Shown here: positions 12,990-24,597 of the stretch, piece by piece
Layout: each line of letters begins with the position of its first letter
How positions within the stretch are numbered: position 1 is the stretch's first letter
From: Lama guanicoe
Lineage: Eukaryota
Reading direction: 5' to 3'
Assembly: GCA_013239625.1 (NCBI GenBank)
Contig: MU054187.1
Location: 18,654,711 to 18,718,710 of the forward strand
Length of the DNA stretch: 64,000 bases
The notes under the pieces: model-generated
Seen by the model: the letters and a program-made list of their open reading frames with translations, nothing else
Told to the model about the DNA's origin: nothing
Database searches by the model: none
Program-made: the position numbers and the translations under genes

Positions 12990-14580
12990 AAAGGAAAATG
13001 ACCAAGAGCAAAAGGCAATTTAGAGAAAGGGAGAAAATATTTGCAAACCATGTATCTCATAAGGGCTTAGTATCCAGAACACATAAACAACTCCTATAGC
13101 TTGACCAAAAAAATTAGTAATAATAGTAATAATGCAGTCATAAAATGGGCAAAGACCTGAACAGACATTTCTCCAAAGAAGATATACCAATGGCCCACGA
13201 GCACACGAAAAGATGCTAGGCAGCATTAGTCATCAGGAAAATGCAAATCCTAACCACAGTGAGAGAGTATCTCGGACCCGTTAGGAAGGGCCCTGTCAAA
13301 GACAGAAGACCGAGAGCGGAGCTGAGGATGCGGAGAAATCAGAACCCAGGCAGCCTACCCACCTCTTCAGTTTTTTGGCCCCCACAACCTTCCCTCTTCC
13401 CTTTAAAACAGAATGTAAAATGGTACAGCCACTCAGCCACTCTGGAAAACAGGAGAGAAGTTCACAAAAAAAAAAAAAAAAAGGACTAGTATATGAACCA
13501 GCAACTTTATTTCTGGGTACTGAAGGGGTTCAGAACAAGTGTCTCCCAAATGAGCCACTGTGGCCTGGGGCTATTTTGAGATGAAGGCTCCATCAAGACC
13601 CAGCAGATTCAAGAAAAACTTTTACCTCTCCCTCCTCTGCCTAAAAGCATTTAGATAGAGGGTCTGGTCCACGAAGGGAACTATCACGAGATACAGCTAC
13701 CAAGAATACAGGCTGGGTGTGGTGGGCTGGGGGGCAGCCCGACTGGGCCTAGAGATTAAAGTCCTCTCTGGGTCTCATGTCCTGCGTGACGTGGCAGACA
13801 TGTTTACCAAACATTTGCTCTTCCCATCTTCCTCTGACTTGTCTTCCTCCCCTTTGAAGCCCCAGACCCCTCCCCACTCTCCTTAGCTCAGAATGTCATA
13901 AAAGCCTCAGCTGCCTGACAGCCTGTGGGTCTCACATTCCTGTAGGACTCCTGTATGAACCTAACTAAAGTTGTTTCCTCCTGTTAATATGTCCTATGTT
14001 AATTCGATTATTAGACCAGCCAAATAACCAAGAAGGGTAGAGGGAAAAGTTTTCCTCCCCTACTCAAAAGGATGGAAAACAGGACTCAAAAGAGTATTTG
14101 CACACCCATGCTCACAGCAGAAAAGAGGTGGAAGCAACCTAAATGTCCACTGAAGGATGAATAAAGAAAACAAAGGATGATAAATAAAATGTGGTATATA
14201 TAAACAATGGAATGCTATACGGCCTTAAAAAAGGAAGGGAATCATACAATATGCACCAACATGGATGAACCTGGAAGACACTGTGCTAAGCGAAATACGC
14301 CAGTCACAAAAAGATAAATACTGCATTTATTCCACTTTAATAATGTATCTAAAATAATCAAACTCAAAGATACAGAAAACAGAATGGTGGTTGGCAGGGG
14401 CTGTGGGGACAGAAAAATGTGTGTTGCTTGGTGGGTCCAGGGTTTCAGTCATCAAAATGAAAAAGTTGGAGAGATGTGTTATACAATAAGGTATGTAGAA
14501 TTAATAATACTATCTTGTACACTGAAATATGACTAAGATGGTCAATTTTATGTTATGTGTTTTTTACTATAGTTTGTAAG
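12990..14580 (+). mobile_element. Old L1M (ORF2 end + 3' UTR) split by an LTR insertion
   Basis: REKIFANHVSHKGLVSR ORF2 remnant, AGACATTTCTCCAAAGAAGATATA, and CAACATGGATGAACCTGGAAGACA. L1 sequence resumes after 14063. Confidence 0.85.
13521..14063 (+). mobile_element. Solo ERV1 LTR (MER34/MER39-like)
   Basis: Starts TGAAGGGGTTCAGAAC and ends GGGAAAAGTTTTCCTCCCCTAC. Contains CATAAAA and TCCTGTTAAT-type U5 sequence. Interrupts an L1. Confidence 0.8.
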
Positions 14581-15009
14581 AAATGAGAATTATGTTTTCC
14601 TATTATTTAGCAACAGGCATCAAAAGCCTAAACATATTCACACCCTTTGTCCTGTCTCAGGATATTTATCCTAAAACAATTTATCATTTAAGAATTACAA
14701 TAGCTAAAATGGAAAGCAATCCAGATCCCAGCAAAGAAGCAGTTATATAAACATCAAATGGTGAAAGGGTACAGTCATCAAAAAATATAGTTTAGAGATA
14801 ATTTTTTTAAATGATATGTCAAAATTTTTATCATCTAATAGTATCCAAAACAGAATACAAAACTGTATATATAGTATGTACAATATGACCATGAGGAACA
14901 TATACTGGGACATCCAAAAAAGGAAAAAAAAAAAGCTTTAATAAAAGAAAGAGAAAAGGGAAGGGGGAAGGGAGGTGGAGCACAGGGGAGGGAAGAAAGC
15001 TATACCAAC

Positions 15010-16460
15010 AGGATTTCTGTTAAAGTTTCATTCAGACAAGCTGATTCTAATGTTCATTTGAAAATAAAATCCAGCAAGAGTAGCTAGAAAAAAAAATCTA
15101 GCAATAAAAACAAAAATAGAGTCATCAGGGGTGACTAGCCCTTCCAGGTAATTTTACATATTATGAAGCAACAATAATTTAAACAGTTTGGTTGCTGTGG
15201 ATGAACAGATAGATCAATGGGAAAGAAAGGAAACCAGAAATTTTGTACTGACAACAGTAGTATTTCAAATCAGTAAAGGAAAGAGCCATCCATCAGGGAA
15301 CAGTGTTGGATAACTGAGTAACCAACTGAGGGGTTGGCAGGAGGCAGTTTAAGATTCATAACTCACATTTTTTATCCAAATAAACTTCACATGGATGAAA
15401 GACTTGAATGTAAAAATTAAAAACGTAAACTCCAAATGAGAACAGCCTTTCTAGGAAAGACTGAAAAGCTAGAAGCTATACATGAAAACAGCCATCGATT
15501 AATATTTCTGCTTGGAAAAAAATCACTAGAAAGTCAAAAAAAGGAACGACAAACTAGGGAAAAGATACATTAGCAATTCATGTCATGGACAGAGGCCTAC
15601 ATTCCACAAATCAAGAAGAAAAAAGACAGATGAAACAACAGAACACTTGGCAAAGTGTATGATCAGACACATCACAGAAAATGCAATCTAGATCTTAAAC
15701 TATCAAAAGAAGGACAATCACCTTCATATAAAGAAAAATATATAATAAAACATACACTGAGAAGCCCTTTTCTTCCCTGCAAGATAAGCAGATGAGTAAC
15801 TGCGACAACACCCTGGCCGCCTGATGGAGGCAAGCAGGTGCTCCCACGTTGCTGGTGGAGTGTAACTGGCACGACTTCTATGGAGCAGAATTTAGCGCTA
15901 TCAAAACTGAACAGTCACATTCTTCTAAGAATTCTTCCTACACACATATTGGCAGATTGATCAAATAACCTGCATACAAATTTATTTGCTGAAGCTTTGT
16001 TTTAATAGCAAAATACCAGAGGAAACCTAAATGTCCATCCATAGGGAACAAGTTAAATAACAGCTCTTATGCTACATAACATGGTAAATCTACAAATAGA
16101 CATCTACAAACAGCTATCAAAAATAACATATAACATTATGTGGAATGATCTCTCAAACAAACTCTACTTTAAAGTGAAGGAAGTTAGGTACTAAACAATT
16201 TGTGGGCTACAGTTTAAACAATATATCCACACATATATACATGCATATATATATAGTATTTAAATCTAAGTGTACGTAGATAAGTACATAAGTAGAATCT
16301 CTCTGGATGGATGGAGAAGAAACTGTTAACAGTGGTGAACACTGCTACCCAAGGGAAATAGCCTAGGAGACAAGAGTGAGAAGGAGACTGATTGACATTC
16401 TGCAACCTTTTAGTCATTTTGAATGCTGTATGGTGTGCATGGTCACACTAGTCAAAATGA
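15010..16460 (+). mobile_element. Highly diverged L1ME-like fragment
   Basis: A-rich, with recognisable ORF2 and 3' motifs (ACAAGCTGATTCTAA, GAACAGATAGATCAATGG, GTTGCTGGTGGAGTGTAACTGG, AACCTAAATGTCCATC). Confidence 0.7.
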
Positions 16461-17435
16461 TGTTGGAGAAGGGTATTTTTTACTGAGTTTAAAAAGGGGG
16501 TGGGAGGCAAGATATAAAATGAAATATTCCATAAGAGATTATTCTGTGACTTGTTTCAAAGGATGGATCCATGGATGGGTATAAGCCAGTGTGTTAACAG
16601 TGATTTTCTAGGGTAGGATTATAGGGTGGGATTTATAGGTGATTGTGTTCTTTTTCTCCAACTATTTTCTCTGAGTTTCCTAAAATGAACAACTATTCTC
16701 AGCTACCAGGAAGTATTTTTAATTCAAACATTTTTTAACTTCCACTAACCATTAAATCCCTTGATCCCTTGGACACTTTTCTAATAAAAACACACCGCTA
16801 AGATTATGGTTTCTGTACAGCTGGTACCCAACCAGTCTAAATAAAATTCGGGAGAGTCTCAGAAGAGAGATTTACAACAGTCAACAATGAAAACAGAGAT
16901 AATTAATCCCACAAGGAAAATAAAATAACGTTAGCCTATAACAAGAGGACCAGTAGCACAGAAGTCCTGGGGATTTGGGTGTTCTTTTCGGTTTGGAACC
17001 GTGAGTGTAATTTGTTTTCATTGTGTACATAGATTATTCTGTTTTGATATCTGGCTGAAAGATCATAACCACTCCTACACTCAGCTCTTCCCCCAGGGAC
17101 CAGGCGGGCTGCTGCATAAAAATAAATGAAGGAAGTGCTCGTGAACTAACAAAGACATTAGCACCATACAGCAAGCTAGACTTGACCAGAGAAACCAAGG
17201 ACCTGGGGCGGGTGGAAGCAGACCCTCAAAACTGTCATCCATTCATCTCTACATTTGTTTTACCTGTAAATCAGCAACAGCTCACCTTTTGTTTATGTCA
17301 ATAGCGTAATTACCATGCTGAAATTAGACTAACATACAGTGACCCTCTTTTCTTGCAGCTTTCCCCACTCCCCAGTTTTTCTGGCTCCAGCAGCCTTCCC
17401 TCATCCCCTTAAAATAAAGCTTCAGTGTTGCTGTT

Positions 17436-17459
17436 GGTGGTGGTGGTGGTGGTGGTGGT
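17436..17459. repeat. (TGG)n microsatellite
   Basis: About eight tandem TGG units. Confidence 0.9.
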
Positions 17460-18808
17460 TTAACTCAAACAAAGGTAAAATGGGGCTAGGTGACTGTCAC
17501 TTCAATATAATGATGCTAAACTCACATAAGAGAGTACTCGGGTATAATTATCTAGTCAGCCCCATAAGAGGCAGACAGGAGGTTTTTGACACGATGTTTT
17601 CTCTAGGTAGCAGGTCACACTGCACTTTCAAAGTGGAAAATACCGCACACGTGAAGTGTGCTGTGCTGGGCTGAACCGCAGACACTCCTGAGAGGCGCTT
17701 CGCAGTTTAAGGTATATTTTAAATCATCTGATGTTGACTGCTCTCAATACGAGCAGAATAGTGTATACAATGCCTGAGCATAGAAGAGCATGGGAAAACA
17801 GTAGAATCTCAGCCCCGTACTGAAAAGCATTCATAATGCATGGCTGAAAACACAGGAAAATTGTTCATTTTAAATCTTTATAGCTCTGTTAAACAAAATT
17901 GGTAGCAAACGATAGATTTTGACAACTTCACATAATTAGGAATGTATAAGGAGACAATTTAATAGAGACACGCATTTAAGACAAGACACAGGGCATTTAA
18001 TTTTGCATTTAAATTAAATTTAATTTGTTTAAGGGACAGACACAACAAACTCCATGAATATTTTTTAAAAAGTAAGTTAAACAAATCCTAAATGTTCTGA
18101 TTTGGTTTTAGACACTCTGGAAAAATCACAATTCAAGCGACAATTACACAGTTTTTATTAACCTTATCTCAGCCAGTATGCTTTGCTCATGAACCTGCAG
18201 GTTTACAGTCCCAGGTTCCACATTGGACTCATAGTCTCACTATGGACTCACTGAACACTGAGCCATCCACTCTACTCTTCCAAAGACCTAACAGGTAAAC
18301 TTACCCTCTAAGCCCAGCACAGCCTTCTTAGCAACCGTCTCCTCCCAACCAGAGTTCTGCTTCTTTAAAACACAGAGAAAAAGAAGAGGAGGAAGTGGGA
18401 AGCAGTAACCAACTTAGAGGGACATCAGAGGTTCCAGGAGCTGGAAGGCACTTGCCCTTGGGCACTTTGCCCTTTCCTCGGAGGCAGTCAGCACACATTT
18501 CTGAACACCTACTATGTGCGGTAGGAACAGAAAGACGAAAAGGCAAAAGAGACCGGCCGAAGGAGCCAAAAGGACAAGGAAAGGCCACGTGGTTGTAACA
18601 CAGCAAAGCCGCGCCAGCAGCCAGCTGACCGTGCTCCAGGCAGGAGGCTCGTCTTTCATTCAGAGCCCAGTCTCCAAACTCCCCACTTCTAAGAGGATGA
18701 ATTTCCCTCAACCTCCTGGAATAACAACTAAAGGCAAGGACTAACAGGACCAACAAATATCCTGACCAAAGAAAACATATGAAAACTAGAGACAGAAAAA
18801 GACTCCTC

Positions 18809-18960
18809 GGGGGAGGGTACAGCTCAGTGGTAGAGCACATGCCTAGCATGCACAAGGTCTTGGGTTCAGTCCTCAGAACCTCCATTTAAAAAATAAATTA
18901 AAATAAGTTAATCTAATTACCTTCTCCCCCCAAAACAAAAATGCTTTAAAAAAAAAAAAA
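18809..18960 (+). mobile_element. Camelid tRNA-derived SINE (Vic-1 type)
   Basis: Full head and poly(A) tail. Perfect 15-bp TSD AGAAAAAGACTCCTC at 18794-18808 and 18961-18975. Confidence 0.93.
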
Positions 18961-20329
18961 AGAAAAAGACTCCTCTTGTAAACCAAAGAATTTATCAAAT
19001 ATTATCTGAGACAGACATACACAAAAAGCAGTCCTACAAGAACCACATAAAGTACATCAGGAAACTGGAACATCACAGAAGTATGAATGACTTGCGATTC
19101 TTACCAGCTAAGCTAGAATACAAAATCTAATACAATCAGTCAGTCCATTCACCTGATTCAAACACAGCTATTTCATCTACTTTGACAGGTACCACAGCTA
19201 TGTATGCTAAAAACATCACTACATTACATATGACAATGCAATTCATATACAAATATGCATGTTCACATGTTTCCCACCCTCACTGCCCCCATTAAAATCC
19301 AGACAGAATAATGCTGGCCTACTTGGTGGCCCCTAGGCCTTCTCCTAACAATATGCATAAAGACCTGTGAGGAGGTTTCTGACTCAAACATTTAAATGTC
19401 TACCACGTGCAAATCACCAGGTTACTCAACTGTGAACAAAAATGAAGTATATGCCTCTCCCATAAAGAAGTATAAAATCCAGACAGTGTGTGTGCAAGTG
19501 TAAATATACATACATGACGTATTATACACATACTACATATTACATATTGTATAAAATGTTTATAATATAAGGGTTCATATGTTAGCTTGAGATTAATTTG
19601 AAAGGTGATAAGAAAGGAAGGGTTGGAAGGCTCCAAAGATTCTATCCTATAACTCATCAAAAGTAAAATACAAAATAGTACATATGGACTATGGTTTCAT
19701 TTAAACGAAAACTCGTATGTATGAAGGTAAATGAGGATAATAAGCAAAAAGAAAAAGAAACTGTTGTGTTACGATTCAAAATAAGAATAATTCCTACCCC
19801 CACTTCCTAAAATTTACCTTAGTATTTTTACCTCAGTATTGTTACCTTTTTAGCGTTTACATAGCTTTTAAAAACGGTGCCATGAATCTGTTAGTTACCG
19901 GGTTATTATCAGCAAGGAGCTCTAGGATGTAGCAATAATGTAAATCTGAAAACCTTGCCCTACCACTCACATCGCTTTTAAACAATGAGTGTACTGGGGG
20001 CAATTCTACTTGAGATACTATTTTCAGAAACAAGTGTATTCAAAGCCAGAGTAATCAGACTGGGGGTTTTGTGTCCGGGATGCCACCTCGATAGGTAAAA
20101 GTGGATCCTCACTATGAAAAGCCGCACCCCCCCCCACCTCCAAATAAACCCACAGGCACTACTCCACAATCGGGGATGTTAAATGCTTGCATGCAAAACC
20201 ACTGACACGGGTTCAAACGCCACCAATAATCCTTACCGCGTTGACCAGAAGAGGGCAAAAGTCTTAAAACGCGGGTGGGGAGGGTTTCACGTTCCCATCT
20301 TCAGGGGTGAGATGACCCCTCGGTCCCTC

Positions 20330-21180
20330 AGTTTCCACGGGTTACAAGGGCCAGCTGAACAGGACCCCCTTCACGCGGCTTCCTCCCAAAGCGCATCGCG
20401 ATCCGCAGCCCCGGCTCCGCGAGCCTGGCGCCAGCCCTCCGCCGCCTCCCAGAACCTTCTCTCTCTTTCTTTTTCTTCTGCTCCGTCTCCCTCTCACCCA
20501 CTCGCACACGCGCGCGGCCCCAGCCGCCCTCTCCGGCCGCGGGAGCAGCTCCCTGCAGCTCGGGCCCCACCAGGACCCCGGATCCGGATTCGGATCCGGG
20601 AGACGCAACTTGCGGCGCGGGCACGGAAGGCTCCGCACCTGCTCGGGCGCCAGGCCGCACGCCGCCCCGCGCCGCGCCCGCCCGCGCCCCGCGCCCCGGC
20701 CCCGCGCGGGACCCCGCGCCCTCACCTTGCTCGCCGCGGTCCATGTCTCCCGCCCTCCGGCCGCCCGTCCCCGCTCGGCTCAGCCCGCCCGCGCGCCGCG
20801 CTCCTCCTGGCCTCCGCCGGCGGCTCCCTGGAAGTCCCCTCCCCCGGAGGCGTCGGGCGCGGCGGCGCCGCCCGCGCGCCGTGGGGAGCGCTCTCCCGGG
20901 GCGTCACCCGACCACCTGACCCCGCCGGCCGGTGCGGGAGGACCGGCGGGAGGGCGAGTGGGCGGGCGGCGCCGGGAGGGCCGGGCAGGGCCGGCCGGCG
21001 AGCTCAGGCAGGAACTCGCCCCGGAGGAGGAGGGCGGAGGGGACGGCGGGACTTCGCATCACCCTGGAGGCTGCGTGGGGCCGGGATGGCGGGGGCGTTC
21101 CACCCTCAAGTTATTTATCGCAGCCAAAGTTTCCTCGGGGGCACTGAAGGTGTCCTTTCTCTGCCTCCGCGAGCACTCGC
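20330..21180. promoter_or_regulatory. TPD52: CpG island / GC-rich promoter, 5' UTR and start of intron 1 of TPD52
   Basis: Very high GC and CpG density against CpG-poor flanks. GGGCGG boxes near 20960-20970 and 21032-21037, and a TGACG half-CRE on the minus strand at 20902-20906. Surrounds the ATG exon. Confidence 0.92.
20726..20744 (-). CDS. TPD52: First coding exon (19 nt) of tumor protein D52. Intron 1 runs from 20725 past the left edge of the window.
   Basis: Minus strand reads GGGAGAC-ATG GAC CGC GGC GAG CAA G|GTGAGG. This gives MDRGEQ plus the first base of G, matching the N-terminus of mammalian TPD52 (MDRGEQGLLRTD...). Good Kozak context (G at -3 and +4), canonical phase-1 donor, inside a CpG island. 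I did not recognise exon 2 in the window. Confidence 0.93.
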
Positions 21181-22235
21181 TCTTATGTACTCACTGAGTG
21201 GAAAACACAGGAAGGTTATTTCGAAATGCCAGTGGCTCTTTTCTCTTCATGTCTCTTTTCCTGTTCTCCTACCACTGAAATAATACCCTAGGTTGTCTGC
21301 AAGACTAGGTCCAAAACAAGCAGAGAGGCAAAAATTGCAAAGAAAACATCTCTCGAAAAATGATGTAGTCCTGTCTTCACAGAAAGTGGGGTTTTTGGTG
21401 ACAAATTAGGAAGATTTTCATGTAGTAATAGCTGTTTTGAGTGCAGACTTAAGGACGACGCTTTGAAATGATGAAATACTGGAAACCAAAGGGTAGAATT
21501 ATCAACAGGGACCTTTGGAAAATATATTTGTAGGCTTCGTGCCCATTGCTCAAAGGACAGTTTGAAGTTCCTGTAATAACAATTTTATTATCAGCATTAG
21601 CACTCTATTTCCAAAGTGTTCTGCAGTTTCTCATCCTCCATGAAGTCACTTTGATTATATTTTTCTAAAGTGGTACCTCAGTTTCCTAAGCCATCTGCGT
21701 CTGCAGGTAAGGCCAACTGCTGCTTGTGCTCCGTGGGGACTCTGGCTTGACCCGCAGCCCGCAGCACTGGCCAGTGCTCCACACGCCCTACGCTTTTGCT
21801 GATATGTTTTAAATTACCCGTAGTTACCTGAAGCGACTCCGTGTTTCCTGTGCACTGCGCTCTATGTCCAGTGGGGCTCTTTCCCACCTGCGTTGCCAGC
21901 GTCTTCTCCTGAAGTTCATTCCTATTACGTCAACCAGATGAGGCCTGTCCTCTGTGATCCCTCCTACTCCCACTGGCGTCTGTGCGGTGGCACTCACCTC
22001 TGACACTCATCTCTCAGGCCAGCGAGATGCAGCGCTAGCTCCATCTGCCCCACAGCCCTGCTTGATTATAACCTAGCTGCTAATGAGCTCCAGGAGGCCA
22101 AGGATCGTTTGGATCATCTTTTCACTGATTTATTATACCATGCATTTAATCCATATTGCAAGTTTAGCTTTCATGTTTAAATTTTAAAACGAGGTGTATT
22201 GTATCTACCAACAATCCATTGTTCGTTTTAAAAAA

Positions 22236-22644
22236 AAAGGTGCAATGATATGCCTTTTGTTATCTTTCTTAAGCTTTTATTTTTTTTTTTTGGTGGGGGG
22301 AGGTAATTCGGTTTATCTGCTTGTTTTTTTTTAATGGGATTGAACCCAGGACCTTGTACATACTAAGTATGCACTCTACCGCTGAGCTATACCCTCCCCA
22401 CAAGATGGCCTTCTGAATGTAACAGTGAGGTGAATGTTGAAAGGTGCAATGATATGCCTTTTTGTTATCTTTCTTAAGCTTTTATTTTTTTTTTTTGGTG
22501 GGGGGAGGTAATTCGGTTTATCTGCTTGTTTTTTTTTAATGGGATTGAACCCAGGACCTTGTACATACTAAGTATGCACTCTACCGCTGAGCTATACCCT
22601 CCCCACAAGATGGCCTTCTGAATGTAACAGTGAGGTGAATGTTG
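22236..22644. repeat. Tandem duplication (204 + 205 bp). Each unit carries a minus-strand Vic-1-type SINE (~22280-22399 and ~22485-22604).
   Basis: Units 22236-22439 and 22440-22644 are identical by eye except for one extra T in a homopolymer (GCCTTTTG vs GCCTTTTTG). Confidence 0.95.
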
Positions 22645-22897
22645 GCATTAGCAGGAAATTCTATGATGTGGTCAAGAATTTTTGACTAGCAGCTGCTCAG
22701 ATGAATAGCTGGAAAGACGGTCTCTCAAACTACGGACTAACTTGTGGACAAATAAATAGAACTTGAAAATTGTGTTGGTTAAAAATATTTATTCTATTCA
22801 TGTCTATTTAACTTGCCATATAGTGATGAATTTGACTTATGTACACTAGAAGAAAAAATGCCTTATGTCTTGAAGAATTTATATGCTTGTTCACCTC

Positions 22898-23772
22898 TGT
22901 GGCAGGGATGGCTAATAGCCTACTCTATATTCAGCTTTCCCATTTTCCTTCCTAAAGGACCCAAACCTTGTTTTGGGTAGCAGTGTGTCCAGCTGAAACA
23001 CTGGCCACTGCAGCCTTCCTTACAGCTGGGGGTGGCTCTCTGATACATTAATGACCAATGAAAGATGAGTTGGAACCTCCAAGAAATCATTTTAGAAGAA
23101 AGACTTGGCTGGACCTAGAGATTATCATACTAAGTGAAGTTAAGTCAGACAGAGACGGACAAATATTACATGATATCACTTATATGTGGAATCTAAAAAA
23201 AAAATACAAATGAACTTATTTACAAAACAGAAACAGACTCACAGACTTAGAAAACAAACTCATGGCTACCAAAGGGGAAAGAGGGGAAGGGATAAATTAG
23301 GAGTTTGGGATTAACAGATACACAGCACTATATGTAAAATAGATAAACAACAAGGATTTACTGTATAACACAGGGGTCTATATTCAATATCTTATAATAA
23401 CCTGTAATGGAAAATAATCTGAATATATATATATATATTCCTATATATATATATATATAACTGAATCACTTTGCAGTACACCAGAAACTAACATAATATT
23501 GTAAGTCAACTATACATCAATTTTAAAAAAGACTTGGCAACATTACTTGGTCTTCAGCCCTCCCCTTCCAGCCTAGCAGGGCAGCAGCCACCTTGAGATC
23601 ATGGGGAAGAGAGCCATAGCCAAGTTTGGCAGAGCAGACAGGCAGAAAGAACTTGGGTCTTCAGTAGCATCATGAAGCTGCTGCTTACAGGAGAAAAATA
23701 AATGCCTGACTTTTTACAGCCCCTGCAGTTGGCTTCCTGTTACGCTGAGCCAAAAGAAGTCCTAACTGATAC
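22898..23772 (+). mobile_element. MaLR LTR (MLT1H/J-like) interrupted by an L1
   Basis: TGTGGCAG start, GCAGCAGCCACCTTG core, and CTGTTACGCTGAGCCAAAAGAAGTCCTAACTGATACA end. Confidence 0.7.
23111..23527 (+). mobile_element. L1 3' fragment inserted into an MLT1 LTR
   Basis: GGACCTAGAGATTATCATACTAAGTGAAG...TACACCAGAAACTAAC. TSD AAAGACTTGGC at 23099-23109 and 23528-23538. Confidence 0.9.
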
Positions 23773-23787
23773 AACATGCCTTTTTAA

Positions 23788-23918
23788 TGTTTTTTAATTG
23801 ACGTACAGTTGCCAGTTGGAACCTCCAAGAAATCATTTAAAAAAAAAGACTTGGCTATAGCAATACAACTGTAGCAATGTTGTGTTAGTTTCAGGTGTAC
23901 AGCAAAGTGATTCAGTTT

Positions 23919-23973
<55 letters not shown>

Positions 23974-24597
23974 TCTTTTTCAGATTCTTTTCCATTATAG
24001 GTTATTACAAGGTATGAGTATAATTCCCTGTGCTATACAGTAGATCCCTGTTGGTTATCTATTTTATATATAGTGGTGTGCCTATCTTAATCCCAAACTC
24101 CTAATTTATCCTTCCTCCTAATCCCCTTCCCCTTTGGTAACCATGGTTTATCTTTCATGTCTATGAGTCTATTTCTGTTTTGTAAATAAGTTCATTTGTA
24201 ATTTTTTTTAGATTCCACAGCGATATCATACAATATTTGTCTTTCTCTGGCTTTCTTCACTTAGAATGATAATCTCTAGGTCCATCCATGTTGCTGCAAA
24301 TGGCATTATTTCATAACTTTTATGGTTGAGAAATATTCTATTATGTATATATACCATAAATGTTTTATCCATTCATCTGTTGATGGACATTTAGGTTGCT
24401 TCCATGTCTTGGCTATTGTAAATAGTGCTGCTATGATGCATGCATGCATCTTTTCAAATTAGAGTTTTCTCCCGATATATGCCCAGGAGTGGGATTGCTG
24501 GATCACATGGTAACTGTTTTTAGTTTTTTAAGGAACCTCCATATTGTTCTCCATAGTGGCTGCACTAATTTACATTCCCAACAGTGGAGGAGGGTTC
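23788..24597 (-). mobile_element. L1 3' fragment with an internal (TG)n(TA)n tract and a templated insertion
   Basis: Reverse-strand L1 3' UTR / ORF2 end. Perfect 18-bp TSD TACAACATGCCTTTTTAA at 23770-23787 and 24598-24615. Confidence 0.92.

Noticed and set aside
18809..18885. tRNA-Ala-like sequences (12 copies) as tRNA genes
   Set aside because: They are dispersed and mutually diverged, carry a shared non-tRNA tail, A-rich ends and TSDs, so they are SINEs.
1..20725. TPD52 exon 2 or the alternative PrLZ/PC-1 first exon
   Set aside because: I did not recognise sequence encoding GLLRTD..EEGED or MDCREMDLYED on the minus strand. They probably lie beyond the left edge, though a by-eye scan could miss a short exon.
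20328..20744. 138-aa ORF starting MDRGEQGEGAG as a complete protein
   Set aside because: Only the first 19 nt match TPD52. The rest is read-through past a canonical splice donor into intron 1.
20183..21283. 366-aa plus-strand ORF, and other long ORFs across the CpG island
   Set aside because: Low-complexity Arg/Pro/Ala/Gly translation expected from stop-poor GC-rich DNA. It is antisense to TPD52 exon 1 and has no recognisable domain.
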